The notes beneath the pieces are model-generated. The model was not told the origin of the DNA, did not search any database, and worked only from the letters and a program-made list of their open reading frames with translations. This document shows, piece after piece, positions 63,113 through 64,000 of a stretch of 64,000 bases of DNA (its first letter is position 1; every line of letters begins with the position of its first letter). Origin of the DNA: Somniosus microcephalus (lineage: Eukaryota); NCBI GenBank assembly GCA_052327205.1, contig CM126203.1, forward strand, positions 314,030,001-314,094,000, written 5' to 3'. The position numbers and the translations under genes are program-made.

Positions 63113-63381
63113 ATAAACCTGTATAATCCCCTTTTAACTGCTGTATTCCCCTCCCCCCGCAAGACAGTTGCAAGCTGAGAGGAATAAGGCATGTTCAGAC
63201 TTGCCTGCTGCTGAGAGAAGGAAAACCAATCAGGTTCCAGCAGGTGACCAATCCGTGAATCATCACAGGTTCGCGGGCTTTACGAATTCAGCACTGTATT
63301 GTGAGAGTTGGAGTAAAGACCTATTTCTTGTAGCTCGCTGTGTTGCCTATTTCTTTACGCGGGAGACTGTAGTCTCCCACA
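63073..63381 (+). repeat. 3' LTR of the CsRn1-like Gypsy, 309 bp
   Basis: TGTGG...CCACA ends, follows the PPT; AGTAAA poly(A)-like signal and two CCAAT boxes. Confidence 0.95.
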
Positions 63382-63624
63382 ATGTGACAATTCTACTATT
63401 CAGAATACCAGCAAAGTAGTTCCTGAAAAGTTCGCCTTAATTGAAGCTGTGTACAACATAGTATATTTAATCCCAGCATTGCAAGAATGATCTTTCACTT
63501 TATCAAATTGCTCCTTCTGCAGATCTACTGATAATTGTAAAAGTAACTGCCATCTAGATACTTCAATATGGATGTTTTCCCCCTGACATCGAATAGACAA
63601 TCTTTCTCTCATCTCTACTATCAT

Positions 63625-64000
63625 ACAAACATAGAAGATAGGAGCAGGAGTAGGCCATTCGGCCCCTCGAGCCTGCTCCGCCATTTAATGAGATCATGGC
63701 TGATCATCCAAATTCAGTACCCTGTCCCTGCTTTCTCCCCATATCCCTTGATCCCTTTAGCCTTAAGAAACATATTCAACTCCTTCTTGAATATATTTAA
63801 TGAATTGGCCTCCACTGCCTTCTGTGGTAGAGAATTCCACAGGCTCCGCACTCTCTGGGTGAAGAAATTTCTCCTCATCTCAGTCCTAAATGGCTTACCC
63901 CTTATCCTTAGACTGTGACCCCTGGTTCTGGACTCCCCCGCCATCGGGAACATCCTTCCTGCATCTAGTCTGTCTAGTCCTGTTAGAATTTTATAAGTTT
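63625..64000 (-). mobile_element. CR1 3' end, runs out of the window
   Basis: ORF 63714-63953; same subfamily as the 47434 copy. Confidence 0.92.

Larger units (their letters stand above)
58761..63381 (+). mobile_element. Full-length Ty3/Gypsy LTR retrotransposon, CsRn1/Kabuki-like clade
   Basis: LTRs 58761-59056 and 63073-63381; probable 4-bp TSD ATGT (58757-60, 63382-85); PBS TGGTGACCCCGA (59058-69) complementary to the tRNA-Trp 3' end; G-rich PPT at about 63062-70. Confidence 0.95.

Overview
Eukaryotic, repeat-rich vertebrate DNA, almost certainly from a cartilaginous fish (shark or ray), judged from HE1/V-type SINEs, a SacSINE1-like DeuSINE and shark-type CR1/L2/RTE/Penelope elements. 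The only host gene I can support is the 3' half of GALT (galactose-1-phosphate uridylyltransferase, + strand). Five coding exons equivalent to human exons 7-11 lie at 14002-14124, 25140-25272, 30898-30981, 32869-33023 and 40649-40714. All have canonical AG acceptors, the first four have GT donors, and they join into one open frame of 186 aa plus stop. Everything else recognisable is transposable-element derived: many CR1, L2 and CR1-group LINE fragments; three PIF/Harbinger elements carrying a spliced Myb/SANT gene but no functional transposase; Tigger-like, Harbinger-like and hAT-like MITEs; a solo LTR; two full-length Gypsy LTR retrotransposons (Mag-like on -, CsRn1-like on +); and an RTE LINE with a 12-bp TSD. 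I see no prokaryotic system, CRISPR array or real RNA gene, and no clearly new biological system. The best leads are the Myb-only Harbinger family (a fold-back pair, one copy with an intact 269-aa spliced ORF), two locally templated inverted insertions, Ala in place of the GALT metal-ligand Glu, and peculiarities of the LTR elements. Boundaries without a stated TSD/TIR are approximate. Family names come from motif recognition, not database searches.
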